The notes under the pieces are model-generated. The model had not been told where the DNA came from. It worked only from the letters and a program-made list of their open reading frames with translations, and ran no database searches. From assembly GCA_951812955.1 (NCBI GenBank), contig OX638340.1:3584001-3648000 (forward strand): a stretch of 64,000 nucleotides of DNA, read 5' to 3'. The first letter of the stretch is position 1; each line of letters opens with the position of its first letter. The position numbers and the translations under genes were made by a program. Below, piece after piece: positions 19,040 through 28,473 of this stretch. This DNA comes from an uncultured Gemmatimonadota bacterium (GTDB lineage Bacteria > JAAXHH01).

Positions 19040-20289
19040 CGATCCTGCTCGCCATGTTGCCCGACAAGCGGGATGCGCCGGGCTAACACGTACCAGGCAA
19101 CCACGATCACAATGCCTGCCGCGCCGGCCAGGAAGGCCACGAGGCGCGCCGCCACCGCGTCCAGCAACAGGCCCGTCGCCAGGGTCGAAATGGAGAAGGC
19201 CAGGGTGAAGAGCCCATGGTCCGCGGCGAATACCCGGCCGCGGTAGTCTTCGTTCACTACGAGTTGTAACCCTAGCGAAGAATACACCCACATCACCATG
19301 CTGCCCGCGGCGGCGAGGCTGATACATGCCGCGGCCAGCCAGATGGACGGGGCCTGCGAAAACAGGATGAAAAAGGCACCGTAACTGATCAGCCCGATCA
19401 GGATGCCGGTCCTCAAACGGCCGAGTCGCATGGTGTCGAAGAATTTGATGAAGACGGCGCCCAGGAGCGTCCCCAGGCCCCTGGCCGTGTACAGGATGGC
19501 AATGCCCGTATCGCCCGCACGATAGACCTGCCCGCCGAACACGGCGTAGAGCAGCACCGCGCCCCCGCCGGCGAGTCCCCACGTCGCCTTGCCCGGCAGG
19601 TAGACCCGCGTGGGCCGGTCGCGTCCGATATACTTCAGCCCCTCGATGAAATCCGACAGGAACCGTACCGGCTGTCCCGCCCCCGACGCGGCGGGTATGG
19701 CAATCCGGGCTACGAAAACCGCCGATACCAGGAAACTGAGGGCGTTCAACTGGAAGGCGGCGGACCGGCCCAGGTGATCGGCCACGAGTCCGCCGAGGGC
19801 GGAGCCGATGGTCAGCATGGCCGCCCAGGTCGTACTGGACAGCGCGTTGGCCGCGAGCAGCGCCTTGCCCTGGGCGATACTTGGCAGCGAAGCCGTGCGC
19901 GTGACGTCGAAGAAGGGCTGGAGACCTGAAAGCAGGGCCATGAAGAGGTACAGCATCCAGACGTCGTCCGCCGTTTCCACCAGCAGGAATCCGAGGGCCA
20001 CCACGGCCCGTAGGATGTCGGCGACGATCATCACCCGCTTGCGGTCGTATCGCTCGGCGACGACGCCGGCCAGCGGGGTCATCAGGAAGGGGGGCAGCAT
20101 CTGGCAGATCGTGACGATACCGAGGGCGAGCCCTGAGCCGGTCAGGGCGAGCGTAAGGCCCAGTACCGCGATCGTGTTGAACCAGTCTCCGGCGTTGGAA
20201 ACAACCTGCGACAGCCATACGAACCGGTAGGTCCGATTCTCCCGGAGCAGCCGGGTGTACGAAAGCGCCGAACCTGTTCTTGTCGCCAA
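19036..20289 (-). CDS. MFS transporter (EntS/DHA3-like exporter)
   Basis: 12 predicted TM segments and typical MFS loop motifs (ERYDRKRVMIVADI). 417 aa. Confidence 0.75.
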   Translation of the reverse strand: MATRTGSALSYTRLLRENRTYRFVWLSQVVSNAGDWFNTIAVLGLTLALTGSGLALGIVTICQMLPPFLMTPLAGVVAERYDRKRVMIVADILRAVVALGFLLVETADDVWMLYLFMALLSGLQPFFDVTRTASLPSIAQGKALLAANALSSTTWAAMLTIGSALGGLVADHLGRSAAFQLNALSFLVSAVFVARIAIPAASGAGQPVRFLSDFIEGLKYIGRDRPTRVYLPGKATWGLAGGGAVLLYAVFGGQVYRAGDTGIAILYTARGLGTLLGAVFIKFFDTMRLGRLRTGILIGLISYGAFFILFSQAPSIWLAAACISLAAAGSMVMWVYSSLGLQLVVNEDYRGRVFAADHGLFTLAFSISTLATGLLLDAVAARLVAFLAGAAGIVIVVAWYVLARRIPLVGQHGEQDR

Positions 20290-20519
20290 GGGCCAGACCT
20301 GGAGGTTGGGGGACGCGGGATCGGATGACGGCTTTCTAATTACAGGCGGGAAGGCAGGATGTCAAGCGGGATGGCCGGGGAAGGACCACCAGGATGCACA
20401 GGGGCGCGCGGAGCGGTGGAAGCCACGCTGTTGCCGTACCCATCCTTGACAGGTAAAGGCCGTGGAGTTACCCTGGTAATATAACCTGCCGATGGCTTGC
20501 GGTCAGAAGCGACGGGGAG

Positions 20520-20804
20520 ATGCTGATGAGCAAACTGAAGTCGATCATGCACAACCGGACACACGGTCACCTGGGGGAAACGCGGCGCACCTGCTCCGAC
20601 TGCGTCCACGTCATGCCCGGCATGAGGGGGGACGAAGTGACCTGCGAGATCTACACGTTCAAACACCAGGCATACAATGTGCCCAGGAGGAGTTCCCTCT
20701 CTCCCGACTTCGCGAACGACTGCGGATTCTACCAGGCCATGACCCCGGTGCAGAAGGCGGAATCCGAGCGGAAGTTCAAGGAGTTCTTCAAGCGGCTCAA
20801 GTGA
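20520..20804 (+). CDS. Small Cys/His-containing hypothetical protein
   Basis: 94-aa ORF with non-shadow composition (K/F-rich C-terminus, CxxC...C...C). No homology recognised. Confidence 0.3.
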   Translation: MLMSKLKSIMHNRTHGHLGETRRTCSDCVHVMPGMRGDEVTCEIYTFKHQAYNVPRRSSLSPDFANDCGFYQAMTPVQKAESERKFKEFFKRLK

Positions 20805-20948
20805 ATCGCGGGTTGAGTCGGATGTGGCCGACGCGAGACATGCTGTCTGCACTTAACCCTGTGACCGGTGCGAGAAAGCCGCTGGCGTCGCCGCGGGGAT
20901 GCCACGACGGGTTGCTGTCCGCGCTGACCATCCGGGCCGCATGCGCCG

Positions 20949-22199
20949 CTACTCGTTCATCGACTTGAGGAAATCCTTGTTCGTGGTGGTCCGTGACAGG
21001 CGCTCGGTCATCAGTTCCATGGCTTCGACCGGTCCGAGGCCGTCCAGGAATTTCCGCAGGATCTTCACCTTGCCCAGGATATCCGGTTCCAGCAGCAGCT
21101 CCGCCTTCCGGGTGGAGGACGCGCTCAGGTCGATCGCCGGGAAAATCCACCGGTTCGCCAGTTTGCGGCTGAGTTCCAGTTCCATGTTGCCCGTGCCCTT
21201 GAACTCCTCGAAGATGCCCTCGTCCATGCGGCTACCCGTCTCGATCAGCGCCGTGGCCACGATGGTAAGGCTTCCGCCTTCCTCGATGTTTCGGGCCGCT
21301 CCGAAGAAGCGCCGCGGTTTCTGCAGCGCGTTGGCGTCGATACCGCCGGACAGGATCTTGCCGCTGTGGGGCGTTACCGCGTTGTGGGCCCTTGCCAGGC
21401 GCGTGATGCTGTCGAGCAGGATGACCACGTCTTTGCCGTGTTCCACCAGCCGTTTGGCCTTCTCCAGGACCATGTCCGAGACCGCCACATGGCGCTCCGG
21501 CGGTTCGTCGAAGGTCGAACTGATCACTTCGCCCTTAACCGACCGTTCCATGTCGGTCACCTCTTCAGGCCGTTCGTCGATGAGCAGGACCATGAGCACC
21601 ACCTCGGGGTGATTGTCCGTGATGGCGTTGGCGATCTCCTGCAACAGCATGGTCTTGCCGGCCTTCGGCGGCGATACGATCAGCCCGCGCTGCCCCTTGC
21701 CGATGGGGGTCAGCAGGTCCATGACCCGCGTGGGCAGTTTATCTTTCTGGTATTCGAGAATGAACCGATCCAACGGATAGATCGGCGTCAGGTTGTCGAA
21801 GAGCGTCCGTTCCTTGGATGCCTCCGGATTGTCGAAATTGACCGTGTCCACCCGCAGGAGGGCGAAGAATCGTTCCCCGTCCTTGGGCGGTCGGATCTGG
21901 CCCGATATGGTGTCTCCGGTCCGCAGGTCGAATCGTTTGACCTGGGACGGCGCCACGTAGATGTCGTCGGGACCGTGCAGGTAGCTGTAGTCCGGCGAGC
22001 GGAGAAAGCCGCAGCGGTTGTCCGGCAGCACCTCGAGCACGCCTTCCCCGAAGATGACGCCTTCTTTCTCCGTCTGCGCCTGTAGAATGCTGAAGATCAG
22101 TTCCTGTTTCCGCAGGCCCGTGTAGCTCTGCAGATCGAGCTCCTGGGCTATGGAATACAGGTCGGGCAGTGTCTTGGTTTTCAATTCCAGAATGTGCAT
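20949..22199 (-). CDS. rho: Transcription termination factor Rho
   Basis: Full-length Rho: N-terminal RNA-binding domain, Walker [18 protein letters not shown]- and R-loops. 416 aa. ~470-nt untranslated leader upstream. Confidence 0.9.
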   Translation of the reverse strand: MHILELKTKTLPDLYSIAQELDLQSYTGLRKQELIFSILQAQTEKEGVIFGEGVLEVLPDNRCGFLRSPDYSYLHGPDDIYVAPSQVKRFDLRTGDTISGQIRPPKDGERFFALLRVDTVNFDNPEASKERTLFDNLTPIYPLDRFILEYQKDKLPTRVMDLLTPIGKGQRGLIVSPPKAGKTMLLQEIANAITDNHPEVVLMVLLIDERPEEVTDMERSVKGEVISSTFDEPPERHVAVSDMVLEKAKRLVEHGKDVVILLDSITRLARAHNAVTPHSGKILSGGIDANALQKPRRFFGAARNIEEGGSLTIVATALIETGSRMDEGIFEEFKGTGNMELELSRKLANRWIFPAIDLSASSTRKAELLLEPDILGKVKILRKFLDGLGPVEAMELMTERLSRTTTNKDFLKSMNE

Positions 22200-22668
22200 G
22201 CTTCCTTCCCTTTTATAAGGTAAGATTGGCTCCCGCCTGCCGGTCGTTCCTACAATGAAGATTCCCGGGGCGCGGCGAAGGGAGTGTGTTTTCTAACGGA
22301 CTGGGTTGTGAACATTGTGAGCGGCGAAAACGACGGAATGCGGACGGGTCGTTCCCGGTAGTCGGGCCTGGCGAGCCGCGTCTGGAGACGCGCGGTTTTT
22401 CTGCTCTGGTTATGCCATCGGGAATAGGGGCAAACGCAACTTACCTTTGTGATGGAGCAATCCCGTAGAATGCGGTACCGGCCGTCATGAATCTGATCTT
22501 AAGGAAGAATCGGCTTTCCAATGAGGAATCAATCAGGGGAACGTGCAAGGCATCGGGCTGCCGCCGTGACGGCGACACGAGTAATATACGGTTTTAATTC
22601 GCCGTGTCAAGTCCCAGGACCACTTTTTTTCGTAAACCTCTACGCCTCAGGGCCCGACCCGGGTCGGT

Positions 22669-23955
22669 TCACTCGTTCATCTTGGGGTCGAGGGCGTCGC
22701 GAAGCCCGTCGCCCATCAACTGGAATCCGAGCATGGTGAGGGCGATCATGATGGCGGGAAAGGTGGCCAGGTGCCAGTAAGAACGGATATAGTTGGCGTT
22801 CTCCCCGACCATCTGTCCCCAGCTCGGCGTCGGCGGGCTGATGCCGATGCCGATGAAACTCAGCCCGGCCTCCGCGAATATGGCGGAAGGGATCCCCAGG
22901 GCGAGTGCTACGATCAGCGGCGTCATGCTGTTTGGCAGGATGTGGGTCACGACGATACGGAAATGGCTGCCGCCCATGGCCTTGGCGGCCCGGACGAATT
23001 CTTTTTCCTTCAAAGACAGAATCTGCCCCCTCAGAAGACGGCATACCCCTACCCATCCGGTCACCCCGATGGCCACGAAGATGTTGAATAACCCGGCCCC
23101 CAGCCACGACATGATCAGGATGATGAAAAGCAGGCCCGGAAAGGCCGACATGATGTCTACGCCCCGCATGATGACGCTGTCCACGCGGCCTCCGGCGTAT
23201 CCGGCTAGGGCGCCCAGGGGTACTCCGATGGCGAAGATGATGGCCTGCACGAGGACGCCTACCGTCATGGAAATCTCCGCGCCGTAGATGACCCGGCTGA
23301 AGAGATCGCGGCCCAGTCCGTCCGTGCCGAAGGGAAACATCCAGGACGGTTCCTGCCAGGCGACCAGGAAGTTCTGTTTGGTATAATGCAGTGGCGCGAT
23401 CCAGGGCGCGAGCAGCGCCGTGTTGCTCAGCAGCAGGACCAGGAAGAGCCCCACCAGGGAGAGCTTATTGCGGGAAAACCGCCGGGTGGCGTCCGCCCAG
23501 AGCCCGCTGTCGTGTTTCTTGAAATACCGGTAGGCTCGCGGCCAGAGCAGAGTGAACTCCGTGGCCAGCGTGACGCGGAAGATCAGTCCCGCCCAGGAGA
23601 AGAAGGGTTCGAGACCCTCCCAGCTCATGGACTCCGACAGGCTTTCGGGTATGTCTTCCGTGCCGTAAGGGTACAGGTCCATCCAGGGTCCGAGCAGCCA
23701 CCACGCCGCGAGCAAGGCGCCGGCGCCCAGGGCGGCGAAGAGCGGCTTACTCTGGTACGCCCGGTGACAGAAGGACGCCCAACGCCCGGTTTCGTTCTTT
23801 CTTCCCAGGCGGTACATTCGGGGCAGGCTGAGCACCAGCTGGATCGCCAGCGCGATCCGCCCCACCTCGAGGATCATGGTGTCCCAGCTCCATCCCAGGA
23901 TGGCGCCCAGGACCCAGACGAGACTCGCGTCGCCCGGTGTGCCGATCGATTCCAT
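22669..23955 (-). CDS. ABC transporter permease, DppC/OppC family, with ~150-aa N-terminal TM extension
   Basis: Core starts at RRFSRNKLSLVGLFLVLLL. ATG 23955 lies 1 nt after the upstream permease stop (translational coupling), which supports the long form. Confidence 0.7.
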   Translation of the reverse strand: MESIGTPGDASLVWVLGAILGWSWDTMILEVGRIALAIQLVLSLPRMYRLGRKNETGRWASFCHRAYQSKPLFAALGAGALLAAWWLLGPWMDLYPYGTEDIPESLSESMSWEGLEPFFSWAGLIFRVTLATEFTLLWPRAYRYFKKHDSGLWADATRRFSRNKLSLVGLFLVLLLSNTALLAPWIAPLHYTKQNFLVAWQEPSWMFPFGTDGLGRDLFSRVIYGAEISMTVGVLVQAIIFAIGVPLGALAGYAGGRVDSVIMRGVDIMSAFPGLLFIILIMSWLGAGLFNIFVAIGVTGWVGVCRLLRGQILSLKEKEFVRAAKAMGGSHFRIVVTHILPNSMTPLIVALALGIPSAIFAEAGLSFIGIGISPPTPSWGQMVGENANYIRSYWHLATFPAIMIALTMLGFQLMGDGLRDALDPKMNE

Positions 23956-23956
23956 G

Positions 23957-25267
23957 CTAGTCCTTCCGATACCGAATGCGGGGGTCTACCAGGGCGTACA
24001 TGAGATCCGTAATCACGTAGATGACGACGATGAGCGACGACCAGAGCAGGGCCGTGGACATGATCATGGGGTAGTCCCGGGCGAATACGCTCGTGGTGAA
24101 ATACCGCCCCAGGCCGGGAATGCGGAAGATCGTCTCAATAAAAAACGACCCGGTGATTAGGTTGGCCATCATCGGTCCCGCGATGGTCAGCAGGGGGATC
24201 AGGGCGTTCTTGAACACGTGCACCACCACGACCGAGAACTCGGTCAGTCCCTTGGCCCGGGCGGTGCGCACATAGTCGGCCCGGATGGCTTCGATCATGT
24301 TCGACCGGGTGTATCTTGCCACGACGGCCATATCGCCAAGCGACAGGGCGATTACGGGCATAACCCAGTCTTTGGGCGAATTCCAGCCCCCCGTTTCAAA
24401 TAAGTGCAGCCAGAGCGAGAACACGACGGTCAGGCCCACTGCGACGACGAAACTGGGCGTTACGATACTGAACACCGCCGTGAGCGAGGCGACGTAGTCT
24501 ATCCACGAATTCTGGTACACCGCCGCGAGAATACCGAGTAGCAGCCCGCCGGTGAGGGCCACGATCAGGGCCATGCTGCCCAGGTGGACGGATACGGGCC
24601 AGGCCTGGGCAATGAGTTCCTGGCAGGTCTTGCTCTGGTGCTGGAAGGAGTAGCCGAAGTCGCCTCTTACGACGTTGCTCACCCAGGAGATGTACTGAAT
24701 GTGGAGCGGCTGATCGAGATTGTACTTACGCATCAGGTTCGCCCGCACCTCCGGCGTCAGCGGTATGCCGCCGGTCTCGCCGCCGGCGTCGAAAGGACCT
24801 CCGGGCACGGCGTGCATGATGGAAAAGGTGATGACGGATACTGCGAAGAGTACGGGGAAGATCCAGAGTATGCGGCGGACCAGGTACCGGAAGCCCAGGT
24901 TCAGACCGAACAGGAAAATGCTGGTAATCGCAAGCATGATCAGCGTGCGTACCAGCATGACGTTCAGGGAATCGGTTCCCCACAGCGCCAGGCCCACGGC
25001 CGCCAGGGCGATGGTCCGCGCGGCCAGGTTCGGCACGCGGAATCGGCGCAGCAAGGTGGAGGCGGCGACGAACAGGAGAAGCCAGAGCGCCGCGAGGGCG
25101 GTGCCGAACACGCCGAGTTGCGGAGTCGCGACGGCCAGGGCGACGATGGTGATCAACGTCTGGACGCCCTTGACGAAGGTTGCGTCAAGCTTGCGCCGGT
25201 CTCCCCAGTAACCCGCGGCCAGGACGAGCAACAGCCACAGGACGCCAATGATCCCTACTACGGGCAT
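23957..25267 (-). CDS. ABC transporter permease, DppB/OppB family, with ~110-aa N-terminal TM extension
   Basis: Core starts at RYLVRRILWIFPVLFAVSVITF. The true start may be an internal Met. Confidence 0.7.
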   Translation of the reverse strand: MPVVGIIGVLWLLLVLAAGYWGDRRKLDATFVKGVQTLITIVALAVATPQLGVFGTALAALWLLLFVAASTLLRRFRVPNLAARTIALAAVGLALWGTDSLNVMLVRTLIMLAITSIFLFGLNLGFRYLVRRILWIFPVLFAVSVITFSIMHAVPGGPFDAGGETGGIPLTPEVRANLMRKYNLDQPLHIQYISWVSNVVRGDFGYSFQHQSKTCQELIAQAWPVSVHLGSMALIVALTGGLLLGILAAVYQNSWIDYVASLTAVFSIVTPSFVVAVGLTVVFSLWLHLFETGGWNSPKDWVMPVIALSLGDMAVVARYTRSNMIEAIRADYVRTARAKGLTEFSVVVVHVFKNALIPLLTIAGPMMANLITGSFFIETIFRIPGLGRYFTTSVFARDYPMIMSTALLWSSLIVVIYVITDLMYALVDPRIRYRKD

Positions 25268-25505
25268 CCGATCGTCTAATCCTTTGCTTGGATGGGATGA
25301 TTACATGCGATACCGCGGTTCGTAGGATGAGGAAACCGCCTGCATGGGCGAGCCCTTCCGCAAAACGCGGAGCAAACGGAGCCAAGGCCCCGCCGACCGC
25401 CAGACAACGTATAGGCCCCGGATGATTCTGTCAACGTAATTCGGTCGCTTCGCCAGGGCAAAAACCTGTTGATTCGGCGGGCCGTTTTGTTGTTTCATAG
25501 GGGTT

Positions 25506-26198
25506 ATGGACTACCTGCTCAGTGGATTCCTGGAAGCGGTCCGTCTGCTTATGTCCGGTGAATCCGGCGTGTACACCATCGTCGGCGTTTCCGTTTTCGT
25601 CGCGGTGTCCGCGATCCTGCTGGCCTCCGTGATGGGATTGCCCGCTGGCTACTTCCTCGCGACGCACCGGTTTCGGGGCCAGCGGCTGGTAACGACGGTG
25701 CTCAATACGTTGCTGGCCATGCCGACCGTGGTGATCGGCCTCTTCGTGTATTCCCTGATCTCCCGGCGCGGTCCACTGGGCTTTCTGGAACTGTTGTATA
25801 CGCCTCAGGCCATGATTATCGGCGAGACGATCCTCGCCCTGCCCATCGTGGCCGCGTTTACGTTGTCGGCTATCCGCGCTGTTGATTCACGGATCACGGA
25901 GACGGCCCTGACACTGGGCGCGACGACGGCTCAGACGGCCCGCACGCTCATATCCGAGGCCCGGTACGGAATCATGGCCGCGGTGGTCGCCGCCTTCGGC
26001 CGGGTGATCGCCGAGGTGGGCGCGGCCATGATGCTGGGCGGCAATATCAAGGGGAGTACGCGGACCATGACGACGGCGATCGCCCTGGAGAGCAGCAAGG
26101 GGGAGTTCGGACTGGCCATCGCCCTGGGTATCATCCTGCTGCTGACGGCATTCGGCGCGAACATTCTCTTTCACTGGCTGCAGGGATTCGACGACTGA
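25506..26198 (+). CDS. ABC transporter permease, tungstate/molybdate (TupB/WtpB-like) type
   Basis: 5-TM permease with GGNIKGSTRTMTTAIALESSKGEFGLA block typical of TupB-like permeases. Confidence 0.65.
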   Translation: MDYLLSGFLEAVRLLMSGESGVYTIVGVSVFVAVSAILLASVMGLPAGYFLATHRFRGQRLVTTVLNTLLAMPTVVIGLFVYSLISRRGPLGFLELLYTPQAMIIGETILALPIVAAFTLSAIRAVDSRITETALTLGATTAQTARTLISEARYGIMAAVVAAFGRVIAEVGAAMMLGGNIKGSTRTMTTAIALESSKGEFGLAIALGIILLLTAFGANILFHWLQGFDD

Positions 26199-27214
26199 TG
26201 GCCGATCCGATCATCGTGGGCGAGCACATTTCGCACCGTTACGGCGCCGGGTTTCATTTGCATGTCGACCGCCTTGCCCTGTCCGCCGCGAGAACCTATG
26301 CGGTTTACGGGGCGAACGGATCGGGCAAGACGACGCTCTTGAACATACTCGCCCTGCTGACCCATCCGCAGGAGGGCCGGATCCTCCTCGATGGCCGGCC
26401 CGTGAACGATTCGGATCCCGCCCGAAGCCGCGGGTACCGCCGCCGCGTCACGCTGCTCATGCAGCATGTCTACCTGTTCCGGTCCACCGTCTTCGATAAC
26501 GTGGCGTCGGGCCTGCGGTTCCGCGGCGTGGCGAAGGAGGCGCTGGAAGAACGGGTGACGCGCATGCTAAGCAAGGTGGGCCTGGAAAAACTCGCCCACC
26601 GTTCTGCCCACAGCCTTTCGGGCGGCGAAGCCCAGCGCGCCGGCCTGGCCAGGGCACTGGTAACGGAACCCGACGTGCTGCTGCTCGACGAACCCACGGC
26701 CAGCGTCGATGCGGCGCACGGCCGGCAGATCGAAGAGATACTCCGGGAAACCTGTAGACAACGGCGGATGACCGTGGTACTCTCGACACACCAGTACGAC
26801 CAGGCCCATCGCGTCGCCGACGAAGTTCTGATCATGCGCGACGGACGCTTGATCGAGGCGGGACCGGAGAACGTTTTCAAGGGACGTATTGACGAATCGG
26901 TGGACGGACCGGTTGCCAGGCTGGACTGCGGCGTAACGCTACGCACGAACACGGCCGTGCGCGGAGATGCTCTTGTAGCCATTTCACCACGGGAAATTCA
27001 GTTGTCCCGTTCGCCCCACCCTTCGGAAGCCGCGAACAGGCTCGAAGGCGTCCTGAGCGCCGCGGCGGTGGACGGAGACCGCATTCGCCTGGACGTGGAC
27101 GCCGGCCTGCGGTTGACCGTACACGTGGCGCGGGCATCCTTCGCCGGTATGGGGCTTAACGTAGGGGACTCGGTGTACGCCGCCATAGGGGCATCGGCCG
27201 TTCGGACGCAGTAA
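26198..27214 (+). CDS. ABC transporter ATP-binding protein with C-terminal TOBE-like domain (TupC/ModC-like)
   Basis: Walker A GANGSGKTT, signature LSGGEAQR, Walker B LLLDEPT. ATGA overlap with the upstream permease. No cognate binding-protein gene adjacent. Confidence 0.8.
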   Translation: MADPIIVGEHISHRYGAGFHLHVDRLALSAARTYAVYGANGSGKTTLLNILALLTHPQEGRILLDGRPVNDSDPARSRGYRRRVTLLMQHVYLFRSTVFDNVASGLRFRGVAKEALEERVTRMLSKVGLEKLAHRSAHSLSGGEAQRAGLARALVTEPDVLLLDEPTASVDAAHGRQIEEILRETCRQRRMTVVLSTHQYDQAHRVADEVLIMRDGRLIEAGPENVFKGRIDESVDGPVARLDCGVTLRTNTAVRGDALVAISPREIQLSRSPHPSEAANRLEGVLSAAAVDGDRIRLDVDAGLRLTVHVARASFAGMGLNVGDSVYAAIGASAVRTQ

Positions 27215-27365
27215 CGGGACGGGGGTTCCCCGGTGCGGTTCCGGTGTGCGGTTCCCGGGTGCGATTCCCCAGCGCGGTTCATGGGTGCGGTTTCGGGACG
27301 GGGGTTCCCCGGCGCGGTTCCGGTGTGCGGTTCCCCGGTGCGGATCGCAAACGGTTCCGCTCTTG
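27215..27365 (+). repeat. Intergenic degenerate tandem-repeat tract (two ~80-bp units built from ggtgcggttcc-like 11-13-mers)
   Basis: gggacgggggttccccggtgcggttccggtgtgcggttcccgggtgcgattcc... is repeated from 27297. It follows the ATPase stop directly and precedes the PhyH gene at 27427. Confidence 0.6.
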
Positions 27366-27426
27366 CCGTTTTGATTCCTCAAGGATTGCTTTCCTGACTA
27401 CGGAATGACAAACAACGGAGGGAACA

Positions 27427-28332
27427 ATGACCACCCGGGATTCCAGAAGTCTGATCATGGGCAAGGACGAGCTGCTGATGGACGGCAGTTACCTGTCCAC
27501 GCTCCGGGAAGCCAACGAATTGCTGGACGACACGGACGGGCTGCGCGAGCGTATGGCCGAAGACGGCTACCTGCTCATCCGGGGACTCCATGACCCGGAT
27601 AAGGTCCAGGAAGCCCGCAGGGCCGTCCTGGAGAATCTCGACGCCAACGGCCAGATCGACCGGGACTACCCCCTCGATCTGGGTGTAGCGGCGCCGGGAA
27701 AGCGGGGAGCCTTCTTCGGCGGCGCCAAGCAGGTGACCCATACGGACGAATTCCTCGCGGTGGTCAACTCCCCCGAAATCATGGGGTTCTTCGAAGGGTT
27801 CCTGGGGGGTCCCGTCCTTACCTTCGACTACAAGTGGCTGCGGGCAGTGGGCCCGGGAACCAACACCGGGGCGCACTACGACATGGTCTACATGGGACGG
27901 GGCACGCCGAACCTGTATACCGTGTGGACGCCCCTGGACGATGTCACCTACGACATGGGTCCCCTGGTCATTCTGGCTGGATCCCACCAGTTCGAGGCCG
28001 TCAAGGAGACCTACGGCAAGATGGACGTGGACCGCGACCACGTGACGGGCCACTTCACCAACGAGCCCATCGAGATGGTCGACCAGTACGGGGGCCAGTG
28101 GCAGACGAGCGAATTCCGGATGGGCGACGTGATCGTCCTCGGCATGTACACCATGCACGGGTCCATCAACAACGCGTCGAACCGCTACCGCATCAGCACC
28201 GACACCCGCTACCAGTTGGCCACCGAACCCGTCGACCACCGTTGGGTCGGCGAGAACCCCGTCGCCCATTACGCGTGGACCGAGGGCAAGACCGTGTCCA
28301 TGGATGAGATGCGTAAGAAATGGAAGGTCTAG
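27427..28332 (+). CDS. Phytanoyl-CoA dioxygenase (PhyH)-family oxygenase
   Basis: HYDMVYM (HxD) and distal MHGS His. 301 aa. Confidence 0.75.
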   Translation: MTTRDSRSLIMGKDELLMDGSYLSTLREANELLDDTDGLRERMAEDGYLLIRGLHDPDKVQEARRAVLENLDANGQIDRDYPLDLGVAAPGKRGAFFGGAKQVTHTDEFLAVVNSPEIMGFFEGFLGGPVLTFDYKWLRAVGPGTNTGAHYDMVYMGRGTPNLYTVWTPLDDVTYDMGPLVILAGSHQFEAVKETYGKMDVDRDHVTGHFTNEPIEMVDQYGGQWQTSEFRMGDVIVLGMYTMHGSINNASNRYRISTDTRYQLATEPVDHRWVGENPVAHYAWTEGKTVSMDEMRKKWKV

Positions 28333-28473
28333 CGCGTTAATGTCGATCGCGGAATGCCCGGCCGTCCATACCGCCGGGTCGGCGGACCGCCGCACGGTTC
28401 ACTCAATCCTCAAATCGGTCCGGCATAGATCGAATATCCCTGACCACTCACCCGATTACCACGGGAACGCGAA

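Noticed and set aside
19036-20289. Overlapping 431-aa minus-strand ORF (18923-20218) in another frame of the MFS gene
   Set aside because: Arg/Pro/Gly-rich shadow of the MFS transporter frame, which has clear TM periodicity.
27215-27365. Possible CRISPR array
   Set aside because: The repeats are degenerate and contiguous, without unique spacers of regular length, and no cas genes are nearby.
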